From the IMG/VR virus record IMGVR_UViG_3300032006_001851: DNA of 64,000 nt; one strand, 5' to 3'. The DNA is from an uncultured virus (IMG/VR IMGVR_UViG_3300032006_001851) (Duplodnaviria; Heunggongvirae; Uroviricota; Caudoviricetes). Position numbers and translations under genes: made by a program. The notes below the pieces were generated by a model. The model worked only from the letters and a program-made list of their open reading frames with translations, made no database searches and was not told where the DNA came from. This document shows positions 56,604 through 64,000 of the stretch, one piece after another (position 1 is the stretch's first letter; each line of letters begins with the position of its first letter).

Positions 56604-57446
56604 TTACTTTATTACGGCTCTACCCTTGAGATCTTCCCAATCTTTTTCAGGTCTGGCCATTAGATTAGTGTTCCACGCCCCTTGTATAGTGTTAGCTTTT
56701 ATACACATGGTTTGTGCAAGATGCATTAGGGCATTTATGTCCTTTGGGAAACAGCTTCCTCCAAAACCATAATGTCCGTCTGGGCCGGGTACGGACCAGT
56801 GAGTACTTCCTAGTCTATCATCATGTAAGGCATACTCCGTAACCTTATCGTAATCTACGCCTAGACTTTCACAGATAGCATGCATTTCATTGGCAAATGA
56901 AACCTTAACGGCTAAGAAGGAATTGGTGAGATACTTAACCATCTCTGCTACAGTGGAGTCTGTTTTTATGACATGGGCATTTGGGAATACCTTTGAATAG
57001 AATTGCTTCAAGCGTGTTGTGGCTGGACGGGGACCGCCTAGAATAACCCGACTCGTGTTGAGGAAATCTTGTTCCGCATTACGCTCTAGTAGAAATTCTG
57101 GATTAAAGACTATCTGAGAATCCTGACATAACTCCTGTAGCAATTTAGTTGTGTTGGGAGGGATGGTAGATTTAATGGCAATTATATTTTGCCTTCCGGT
57201 GCTACAGGCTTCTTGCACAACTTCCTTAACTATTGAGATGTCACAAGATCCATCCTCTCTCATTGGCGTTGGAACGCAAACAAAAAGTAATTCACATGCC
57301 CTAGACAAACTAAACACACTTTTGTGCGTGGATAGATCTGTGAGAATTTTATCGTAAGTGTATACTTTATAATGGTTGGAGAAGGCAGAAGCAAGCGCTC
57401 CCCCTACAAAGCCTTGGCCTATTATTCCAACGGTTTGAATCTTCAT
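56604..57446 (-). CDS. UDP-glucose/GDP-mannose dehydrogenase family (lacks the C-terminal domain)
   Basis: GQGFVG, CVPTP, KSTIPP, NPEFL, AEMVKY..N, GFGGSCFPKD. Confidence 0.88.
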   Translation of the reverse strand: MKIQTVGIIGQGFVGGALASAFSNHYKVYTYDKILTDLSTHKSVFSLSRACELLFVCVPTPMREDGSCDISIVKEVVQEACSTGRQNIIAIKSTIPPNTTKLLQELCQDSQIVFNPEFLLERNAEQDFLNTSRVILGGPRPATTRLKQFYSKVFPNAHVIKTDSTVAEMVKYLTNSFLAVKVSFANEMHAICESLGVDYDKVTEYALHDDRLGSTHWSVPGPDGHYGFGGSCFPKDINALMHLAQTMCIKANTIQGAWNTNLMARPEKDWEDLKGRAVIK

Positions 57447-58651
57447 AATTTGGTCACCGCCCTGCTGATAAAGTGGGCTGCATTATCAGCATCCTGATTA
57501 GAGAATGTTAGCGGAGGTCTAAGTCTTATTGACTTGCTTCCGCATTTTAATGCCAGCATATCTTTAGAGAGGATTGACATAACTAGATCTCTCACATACT
57601 CTTCAGAAAGGTCAAATGCTATCATTAGCCCTCTACCTCGGACATTGCTAATTACAGGCAAGCCTCTAAGGTTAGAAATTAACCGCTGACCAACATTTCT
57701 AGCGTTGTCAATCAAATTATATTTCTCAATCGCATCTATTATGTGTCTCGATCTAACCATATCCACAATATTGCCGCCCCAAGTAGAGTTAATCCTGCCA
57801 CTAGTGTTGAAGACATTGTCTTTAACCTCGTCTATTCTATCAGTTGAGCAAAAACCACACACCTGAGTCTTCTTGCCGAAGCACATCATGTCTGGAATAA
57901 CCCCGAAGTGTTCGTATGCCCACATTTTGCCAGTAAGTCCCATTCCCGTTTGGACTTCGTCAAATATTAGAAGACAATCTCTTTCATTAGCTATGCGTCT
58001 AAGGTTTGTGAAGAACTCTTTAGGAAAATGATTATCTCCTCCTTCTCCCTGTATGGGTTCTATAATTATCGCAGCAACTTCTTCGTGCATACGATCCTCA
58101 ATCTCTCTCCAGTTCGGTTTAACAGTAGTCCACCTGAATCTTGGAAAGAGATCAGTCTTTTCTGGAGTAGTATTAGTTAGCGAAAGAGTATAACCGGTTC
58201 TTCCGTGGAATGCATTCTTTAAGTGGAAGACATCCATGTTGTTTATATCTACATAATGAGAATACCCTAACTTCTTAGCCTTCCAGTCAAACGCAGCCTT
58301 GAGTGCGTTCTCTACACCTAAAGCACCGCCATCTACAAAAAAGTAGTGCTTGAAATCAGGAGTTGCTTCTGAAAACTTATCGGCAAACATTGCATACTCT
58401 TCTGAGTACATATCACTGTTAGCCAGCTTGTGCAGGGCCGCATTTCCTAAATCGTATTCAGCTTTCTGTAGAGCAGGATGATTCCACCCTAGAGGCTGGC
58501 TTGCAAACTGGGAATAGCAATCAAGATACTTTTCTCCCGTTTCGACATCTACTATCCAAGACCCACGACTTTTGCTTATATCTACAGCTATATGAAAGCC
58601 GTCAGTAAGGATATGCTGAGACAACCTGTCTATAATTCTAGCGTCAGACAT
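57443..58651 (-). CDS. lat: L-lysine 6-aminotransferase (class III PLP enzyme)
   Basis: ANSDMYS, ALGVENALKAAFDWK, AFHGRTGYTLSLTNT, EPIQGEGGD, DEVQTG, FGKKTQVCG, RINSTWGGN. Confidence 0.9.
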   Translation of the reverse strand: MSDARIIDRLSQHILTDGFHIAVDISKSRGSWIVDVETGEKYLDCYSQFASQPLGWNHPALQKAEYDLGNAALHKLANSDMYSEEYAMFADKFSEATPDFKHYFFVDGGALGVENALKAAFDWKAKKLGYSHYVDINNMDVFHLKNAFHGRTGYTLSLTNTTPEKTDLFPRFRWTTVKPNWREIEDRMHEEVAAIIIEPIQGEGGDNHFPKEFFTNLRRIANERDCLLIFDEVQTGMGLTGKMWAYEHFGVIPDMMCFGKKTQVCGFCSTDRIDEVKDNVFNTSGRINSTWGGNIVDMVRSRHIIDAIEKYNLIDNARNVGQRLISNLRGLPVISNVRGRGLMIAFDLSEEYVRDLVMSILSKDMLALKCGSKSIRLRPPLTFSNQDADNAAHFISRAVTKL

Positions 58652-59436
58652 CTTACTGCTCCTCCAGCCTTCATGAACTCTGACATATCGCAACAGTGAA
58701 CATCGTGCTTATTTCCAAACATATCTTTACCGTCAGCGGAAGGTGTGATGATATTGTCGTCTATCTCAAGGCTATTACATATAAATTGTTCAGCGTATTG
58801 TTTATCTACATTTAATATATCTAGTTCAGTCTGTGAAAATAGACACTTCTCAAAAACCTTATTCATGATTTTATCACACGTCTTTGAGGAAAACGCATCT
58901 CTATAATACATGAATCTTTCCTTCATGGGAAAGAAACAGGTGTCGAGGTGATAGAAGTGCGGATTAACCAATTCACAAGATACGTAATCAACATCGAAAA
59001 CTTTAGCGATTATTTTGTGAGACTCTATACTGGTCCTGAAGCCGTAACCCATAAATAAAACATTCTCAAAAAATATTGCATCTCCAGCGCCCTCAAAATA
59101 AATATTATCAGGAAGCTCAATAACTCTGTACCCGTTATCTAAGAACCATCGCTTGAATAACGCGCTCTCTCCCTGTCTCTCTTTATGTCTGTTATTGGAT
59201 AATACTACAGTCTTGTCTACTACCAGACCAGCATTAGCAGTAAATACCATGTCGGGAAGGTCTGGGTCTGGTTTTATCTGTGAGAGATACGCACCGGATC
59301 TCACAATCCTATCACACATTCTGATCCACTGCAAATTCGCCTTTTTGCTGTCCACAGAAACATCTGAGTTCATCCAAGCGTTTATCTCATAGTTAACGCC
59401 GTAGAAAGATGGTGGACAGACAAGGACGTTTTTCAT
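58630..59436 (-). CDS. Amidinotransferase-superfamily enzyme, ArgZ/AgrE N-terminal (arginine dihydrolase)-like
   Basis: CPPSFYGVNYEINAWM, PDMVFTANAG, ERQGE, FEGAGDA, GYGFRT, FYHLDTCF, EFMKAGGAVRCLTL. Confidence 0.85.
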   Translation of the reverse strand: MKNVLVCPPSFYGVNYEINAWMNSDVSVDSKKANLQWIRMCDRIVRSGAYLSQIKPDPDLPDMVFTANAGLVVDKTVVLSNNRHKERQGESALFKRWFLDNGYRVIELPDNIYFEGAGDAIFFENVLFMGYGFRTSIESHKIIAKVFDVDYVSCELVNPHFYHLDTCFFPMKERFMYYRDAFSSKTCDKIMNKVFEKCLFSQTELDILNVDKQYAEQFICNSLEIDDNIITPSADGKDMFGNKHDVHCCDMSEFMKAGGAVRCLTLEL

Positions 59437-59810
59437 TCTATCCAAGACTCCTCTGGTTGTTCTAAAGAACTATCATTATTGTAATTCACCAAAAGCTCCT
59501 GACCTTCTTCTACGTCTTGGGTAGTTACCATGCCCTTTGTTTGTCCTTCGGTTACTATTTTACAGTTGGGATACTTTTCGGAATGGTTGTACTTATTGTT
59601 CGGAATTAGATTAATCCATTCATTTGCTGGAGCGGGTAGTCCAGTGTCATTGAGGATATCCCTATGAACATGAGTTACGTGGATAAAAGTGTTCTGCTGT
59701 AATTTAGTTTTAGCGAACAGACCTTCTCCATGTCTGGCACTGATTAAAACTTCTACCTGATCGCTAATAATTCCGTGTAGGCAAGTTTTTTCTTCGGCAG
59801 ATGTCATCAT
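59433..59810 (-). CDS. Minimal SET-domain protein
   Basis: HGEGLFA, NHS..PNC, GQELLVNY. Confidence 0.8.
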   Translation of the reverse strand: MMTSAEEKTCLHGIISDQVEVLISARHGEGLFAKTKLQQNTFIHVTHVHRDILNDTGLPAPANEWINLIPNNKYNHSEKYPNCKIVTEGQTKGMVTTQDVEEGQELLVNYNNDSSLEQPEESWIE

Positions 59811-61324
59811 TCAGTTCCCGTATTCATTCCTTGTGGAAAATTAAGACTGTCTCCGTGATTAACAGTCCAAGCAACTTCATGGGTAACCGATCTAAAAGTT
59901 CTTGCGGCACTAGGTTGTCCATTGCCAGATTTCTTTACTCCTCCAAATCCAAGATGGCTTTCAGCCGCAATACTGCCACCGTTCCAGTAACCAAGACCAA
60001 AATCACATTCGTTACGAATTCTTCTGGCAACTTTAAAGTTCTCCGTTACTACTCCTAGAGCAAGTCCATAATCAGTGTCGTTATAAATATTGATAGCTTC
60101 AGTTACAGTATCGTATGGCATAATGGAGACGTGAGGTCCGAAGACTTCGTTCTTTAGGTAGGGTGCATCCCTCCATTCTGTTTTGTAAACAGTTGGGGTT
60201 AGAAACAAGCCTTCTGGTTCGAGATTAACACCTGCCAGCAGGACATCTACCTGTGTGTCACTGAATACCATGCTGTTGAAATTGGAGACTCTCTCGTGCT
60301 GCTGCTTATTGATAAGTGGCCCGTAGAAAGTATTCTCATTGAATGGATCTCCGGTTTGAAGCTGAGAACTTCTCTTAGCAAATTCATCCGCAAATTGATG
60401 GTACAGAGATCTGTGAACAATCAGGCGTCCAGCGGAAACACATCTTTGTCCTGACAGTTTGTATGCGCTAGCTAGGCACGCCGCCATAGCCATATCATAG
60501 TTGGCATCTTCATGAATAATAACCGCTGATTTACTTCCCATTTCACAAGAACAAGTCTTATGCCAGCTTTCAGCACAAACCTTTCTGACATGCATCCCAA
60601 CATCAGCGCTTCCGGTAAAGCAGACGTGGTCTACATCCTGATGTATTAATGCGTCACCAGCTTTTCCGTCGCCATGCACAACATTAAATACGCCGGGAGG
60701 AAATCCAGCATCGTAATAAAGTTTTGCAGTAATTTGACCAACCAAGGGAGTGTCTTCGCTTGGCTTTAAAATTACGGTATTGCCCTCAACAAGAGCAGGA
60801 GCAGCGCACCAAAAACCACCAATCGCAAAAGGAAAATTAAAAGGCGCAACAATTGCAACCACTCCTTTTGGCTTCCTAAGCATGTACGCATCTTTTTCTG
60901 GTAATTCTGAAGCAATTGCTTCACCATAAGGCATTCTCCCTGTACTAAATGCATATTGTGCCATATGCAATGCTTCGTTTACTTCTGCAATAGATTCATT
61001 ATATACCTTACCGGTTTCAAGAGTGATTGCTGTGGCGATCTCTTCTCGCCTCTCTTCTATTAGACTGGCTAGTCTCAGAAAGTAATCGGCTCTCTGCACC
61101 CTACTAAACTGCCTCCACCCGTGAAAGCTGTCTCTTGCACAATGATATGCTGAATCTATATCCGACTGAGTGGCTTGAGGAAATACTCCAACAACCTCTC
61201 CGGTTGCAGGATTTAAACTTTCAAATGAGTCGTCTTGGTTTCCGTTGCTGAACTGACCATTTATAAAGTGTGCGCCAAAAACTTTAGTTCCTTTGGCGAC
61301 TTCATATATTGCACTAGTTTCCAT
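59807..61324 (-). CDS. Aldehyde dehydrogenase
   Basis: PFNFP, LKPSE, FTGS, CEMGSK, GQRC, EVFGP, FGGVKKSG. Confidence 0.95.
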   Translation of the reverse strand: METSAIYEVAKGTKVFGAHFINGQFSNGNQDDSFESLNPATGEVVGVFPQATQSDIDSAYHCARDSFHGWRQFSRVQRADYFLRLASLIEERREEIATAITLETGKVYNESIAEVNEALHMAQYAFSTGRMPYGEAIASELPEKDAYMLRKPKGVVAIVAPFNFPFAIGGFWCAAPALVEGNTVILKPSEDTPLVGQITAKLYYDAGFPPGVFNVVHGDGKAGDALIHQDVDHVCFTGSADVGMHVRKVCAESWHKTCSCEMGSKSAVIIHEDANYDMAMAACLASAYKLSGQRCVSAGRLIVHRSLYHQFADEFAKRSSQLQTGDPFNENTFYGPLINKQQHERVSNFNSMVFSDTQVDVLLAGVNLEPEGLFLTPTVYKTEWRDAPYLKNEVFGPHVSIMPYDTVTEAINIYNDTDYGLALGVVTENFKVARRIRNECDFGLGYWNGGSIAAESHLGFGGVKKSGNGQPSAARTFRSVTHEVAWTVNHGDSLNFPQGMNTGTE

Positions 61325-61824
61325 TATAATCCTTTCGTGCTTGTCATTAAGTCTTTAACTGATTTTTCACAGAAGCCTTTCGACCCGCGTTCAATCAACT
61401 CTATAATTATTCCACCTAAATACTCTAAAGGCTTAGTAAAGATTTGTCTGAGATCGTCATCTGGACAATCAATTATATCATCTGTAAGAAATTCGACAAA
61501 TCTCTGTTTCTTCCATTCTTCAACAATACTGTCTATGTTTTTTACCTTGTAGGCTATATGATGTATCCCGCCGACATTATTTCTAGCTTCAACCCAATTT
61601 CCCACGATAGAGCCGGGGCTTCCATCAGAGATAAATATCTCTGGTCCCTCACGAACCAACACTAATGGCGTAACAGGGGGTATAAGAGCATAGCATTCCG
61701 CTTTAGAACCATCATCGAACTCTATGTCAAACTCGGTTCCAACTTCATAGTTAAACATCAGGCGGAAAAACTCAGCCGCCTTATGTCTATCCTTTACACG
61801 GTAAGCGATATGGTCTAGTTTCAC
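61324..61824 (-). CDS. VOC-family metalloenzyme, HPPD C-terminal-like
   Basis: LDHIAY, GIHHIAY, LRQIFTKP, IELIER..KGF. Confidence 0.8.
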   Translation of the reverse strand: MKLDHIAYRVKDRHKAAEFFRLMFNYEVGTEFDIEFDDGSKAECYALIPPVTPLVLVREGPEIFISDGSPGSIVGNWVEARNNVGGIHHIAYKVKNIDSIVEEWKKQRFVEFLTDDIIDCPDDDLRQIFTKPLEYLGGIIIELIERGSKGFCEKSVKDLMTSTKGL

Positions 61825-62231
61825 GATACAATTTTTCTCCCATATCTGTCCCTGCCCTCCAGATCCTCAATTTCCTCCCAAACCTGACTCCATCCATCAT
61901 CATCATCACTTCTAACTCTAGCAGCCTTGTCGTCAATATACATAACACCGGCAAGTTTGCCCATGTGTGCATGGTGATATTTAACGCCGTGTTTATCAAG
62001 CCACTCTATCCATTCTATATACCCTCTCTCGTATTGTCTGTGCATATTGCCCTTTTCCCTGTCGCCATACCTAGCTGTATATAGCACAATTTCAAAACCC
62101 ATGTCATAGAGTTTGTTTACTTGGTCGATTCCATGCTGTAGGGGGCCAGCATTTGCGTAGATGCCACCATGCTCCTTATCAGCAATAACGCCATCACAAT
62201 CCACGATTAATCTTTTTGAGCTATCTACCAT
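61821..62231 (-). CDS. Small capless HAD phosphatase (capsule-biosynthesis type)
   Basis: DCDGVI, YTAR, MGK, YIDDKA; AAGGAGGTGA SD. Confidence 0.8.
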   Translation of the reverse strand: MVDSSKRLIVDCDGVIADKEHGGIYANAGPLQHGIDQVNKLYDMGFEIVLYTARYGDREKGNMHRQYERGYIEWIEWLDKHGVKYHHAHMGKLAGVMYIDDKAARVRSDDDDGWSQVWEEIEDLEGRDRYGRKIVS

Positions 62232-62294
62232 TTATCACCTCCTTTTATACTGCCCATTAATAATAACGAATATAAACGTAAAAAACACTAATAG

Positions 62295-62367
62295 TACCCT
62301 CGGCAGGACTCGAACCTGCAATCTACGGATTAGAAGTCCGTTGCATTATCCATTATGCTACGAGGGC
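62295..62367 (-). tRNA. tRNA-Arg (anticodon UCU), CCA not encoded
   Basis: GCCCTCG/CGAGGGT acceptor stem, ACGGA-CT-TCT-AA-TCCGT anticodon arm, GGTTCGAGTCC T arm; 73 nt. Confidence 0.95.
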
Positions 62368-62507
62368 AATAGATTAAATACTTTTAGAAAAATCAGAGTA
62401 CCCGTAATCGCAGCAATAAGAGAGAACAAAGTTCTCATCATAGCCATTGTGTGATTGTGTCTGTCTAACCACCTCTCAAGGGGGCTTCTTTTTTTATTGT
62501 TTTCCAT
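62358..62507 (-). CDS. Small TM protein whose stop codon lies within the tRNA
   Basis: Manual translation MENNKKRSPLERWLDRHNHTMAMMRTLFSLIAAITGTLIFLKVFNLLPS, 49 aa. Confidence 0.55.
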   Translation of the reverse strand: MENNKKRSPLERWLDRHNHTMAMMRTLFSLIAAITGTLIFLKVFNLLPS

Positions 62508-62757
62508 TCTCATAAGCTTCTATAACGCGGCTAGTAGGTATTATTGTGTCATTAAAGCTATCAATAAGGAATGGTTCTCTGTTAGAAGGGAAGCCCTTCT
62601 GGTTAACAATAAAGGAATCTCCCAAGGTAACACCGCCCTCTCCAGTATCTAGGAAATGGTTGGAGGCTCTGCGTACTGCAAATACACAGGCGTAAAAAGG
62701 GGTGCTAGACGACACTACTTGTTGTAAGTTTCCAGTTTCCACATAGTATTTAGGCAT
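62494..62757 (-). CDS. Hypothetical protein
   Basis: 87-aa ORF coupled to the GlmS stop (TAATG). Confidence 0.55.
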   Translation of the reverse strand: MPKYYVETGNLQQVVSSSTPFYACVFAVRRASNHFLDTGEGGVTLGDSFIVNQKGFPSNREPFLIDSFNDTIIPTSRVIEAYENGKQ

Positions 62758-64000
62758 TAGACAGTTACACTTTTTGCTAGGTTACGAGGACGATCAGGAT
62801 TAAGCCCTTTTTTAACAGCTACATGATACGCAAGTAGCTGTAAAACTACGTTTGCTGCTAACGGCTCCATTGCTACTTCGCATGTTTCATGTGTTCGGAA
62901 AGTCCAGTCTGCAACTTTTTTGACCCTGTCGTAATTTACAGGACTGACAACGGCGAACACTTCTCCTTTTCTAGATTTAACTTCTCTCATATTGGAAATA
63001 ATTGTGTCTATATCGAAAGAGCCAGTAACAGTAAATATACTTGGGGTCTTTTCATCCACTAAGGCAATAGGCCCGTGCTTCATTTCTGCTGCTGGCATAC
63101 CTTCTGCATGGATGTAGCTCACTTCTTTTAACTTAAGAGCGCCCTCTAAGGCTATTGGATAGTCCCAATGTCTGCCTAGGAATAGAGCGTTGTCATACTG
63201 GGCTATCATCTTTGCAATAGTCGCCACGGCTTGTTCGCGGTCAAGTACATACTTGATTCCTTCGGCTAGGGCGTCTTGGTAGTCTAACACTTTAAGTTCG
63301 TTTTCTTTAGATGACCAGTGCCACGCAAGCTCCCATAATGCATAACAAGTCAAGGTAAAGGTTTTTGTGGCGGCAACTCCTTGTTCAAGATTTGCGCCAA
63401 TATCAATCGTATTGAAGAAAGAATTGCCTAGCTGGGAGAAGGGTTGATTTGTGACTACAAATACTTCGTCTGATTTATCGTGGCAAGATGCACGAACAAT
63501 ATCTTTAGTTTCCCCACTTTGAGTTATGTAGATTTTAGTTTCTTTAGGGTCTTTGAGCGTTACATTGATTGCTTCGCTTCCGTAAGTTACCTTAGTGGGA
63601 ATCTTTGCGAGTTCCTCAAACCAAACCTTCGCCCACATAGCTGCATAATAGCTACTACCGCAACCAATTAGGTGCAGTCTCTCTGGACGAAACGGAGGAT
63701 GGTACATAGGATAATTACCCATATCCTCTATGAGTGAATATTGTTCTTTGATTTCATTGAGCATATGATGCTGCCCAAGAGGTTCACTGTTTATCGTATC
63801 TTGTGGTACGGATTCGGTAACTATAGAGTTGTTCGACAACTTTACACTGTGTACTATTCCCTCAGACGAGAGGCAGACTACGGAGTTCTTAATCCTCTTA
63901 GCCTCTTTTGCTTTCCCGGCGATAGCGTATGAATCGCTACTAACATATCCATTGTCAGTCACTAGCAGAGAGCTAGACCCTTTAGATGCACAAAAGATAA
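62757..64000 (-). CDS. glmS: Glutamine-fructose-6-phosphate aminotransferase, 3' part (start lies beyond the window)
   Basis: MLNEIKEQ, GCGSSY, QSGET, GVAATKTF, EGALKLKEVSYIHAEG, EMKHGP, PRNLAKSVTV. Confidence 0.93.
   Translation of the reverse strand, partial: IFCASKGSSSLLVTDNGYVSSDSYAIAGKAKEAKRIKNSVVCLSSEGIVHSVKLSNNSIVTESVPQDTINSEPLGQHHMLNEIKEQYSLIEDMGNYPMYHPPFRPERLHLIGCGSSYYAAMWAKVWFEELAKIPTKVTYGSEAINVTLKDPKETKIYITQSGETKDIVRASCHDKSDEVFVVTNQPFSQLGNSFFNTIDIGANLEQGVAATKTFTLTCYALWELAWHWSSKENELKVLDYQDALAEGIKYVLDREQAVATIAKMIAQYDNALFLGRHWDYPIALEGALKLKEVSYIHAEGMPAAEMKHGPIALVDEKTPSIFTVTGSFDIDTIISNMREVKSRKGEVFAVVSPVNYDRVKKVADWTFRTHETCEVAMEPLAANVVLQLLAYHVAVKKGLNPDRPRNLAKSVTV

Noticed and set aside
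689..63932. Numerous plus-strand ORFs of 60-180 aa
   Set aside because: They lie antisense to well-supported minus-strand genes and have no recognisable motifs; treated as shadow ORFs.
1..64000. Stop-codon reassignment
   Set aside because: Genes are full length and densely packed in the standard code, and all three stop codons end conserved proteins at expected positions.
1..64000. Cellular (bacterial chromosome) origin
   Set aside because: Single-strand gene packing, rIIA/rIIB, dNMP kinase, a clustered divergent replisome and absence of housekeeping operons favour a phage, although no capsid or terminase gene is in this window.

Overview
This 64 kb window looks like part of a large dsDNA bacteriophage genome. 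Essentially all real genes are on the minus strand, tightly packed with frequent ATGA/TAATG overlaps, and read well in the standard code. No ribosomal or housekeeping operons are present. From the low-coordinate end it contains: (i) 1-14.2 kb, a glycan block of about 14 genes (GT2/GT4/GT8/GT25/CgeB-like transferases, a KdsB-like cytidylyltransferase, NTP-transferases, an epimerase); (ii) 14.2-27.5 kb, replication and recombination genes (sigma factor, SSB, a DnaE split into two genes around a DEDDh exonuclease, PD-(D/E)xK nucleases, dNMP kinase, primase, DnaB, RecA); (iii) 29.5-33.8 kb, nucleotide metabolism (PhoH, dUTPase, class II RNR, SNase, dCMP deaminase); (iv) 37-43.5 kb, a membrane/secreted protease cassette and a second sigma factor; (v) 45-52 kb, more glycosyl/sulfotransferases, IscA, a Tat-exported DUF1501-like protein and an NDT-like enzyme; (vi) an rIIA/rIIB unit behind a near-consensus sigma70 promoter; (vii) 56.6-62.2 kb, a translationally coupled operon resembling arginine/lysine catabolism (HPPD-like VOC, aldehyde dehydrogenase, SET protein, ArgZ-like arginine dihydrolase, lysine 6-aminotransferase); then tRNA-Arg(UCU) and a partial GlmS. 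The DUF1501-like gene suggests a Planctomycetota host (inference). The best candidates for new biology are the basic-amino-acid catabolic operon, the protease cassette and the intein-free split DnaE. All family assignments come from motif recognition by eye; no database searches were run.
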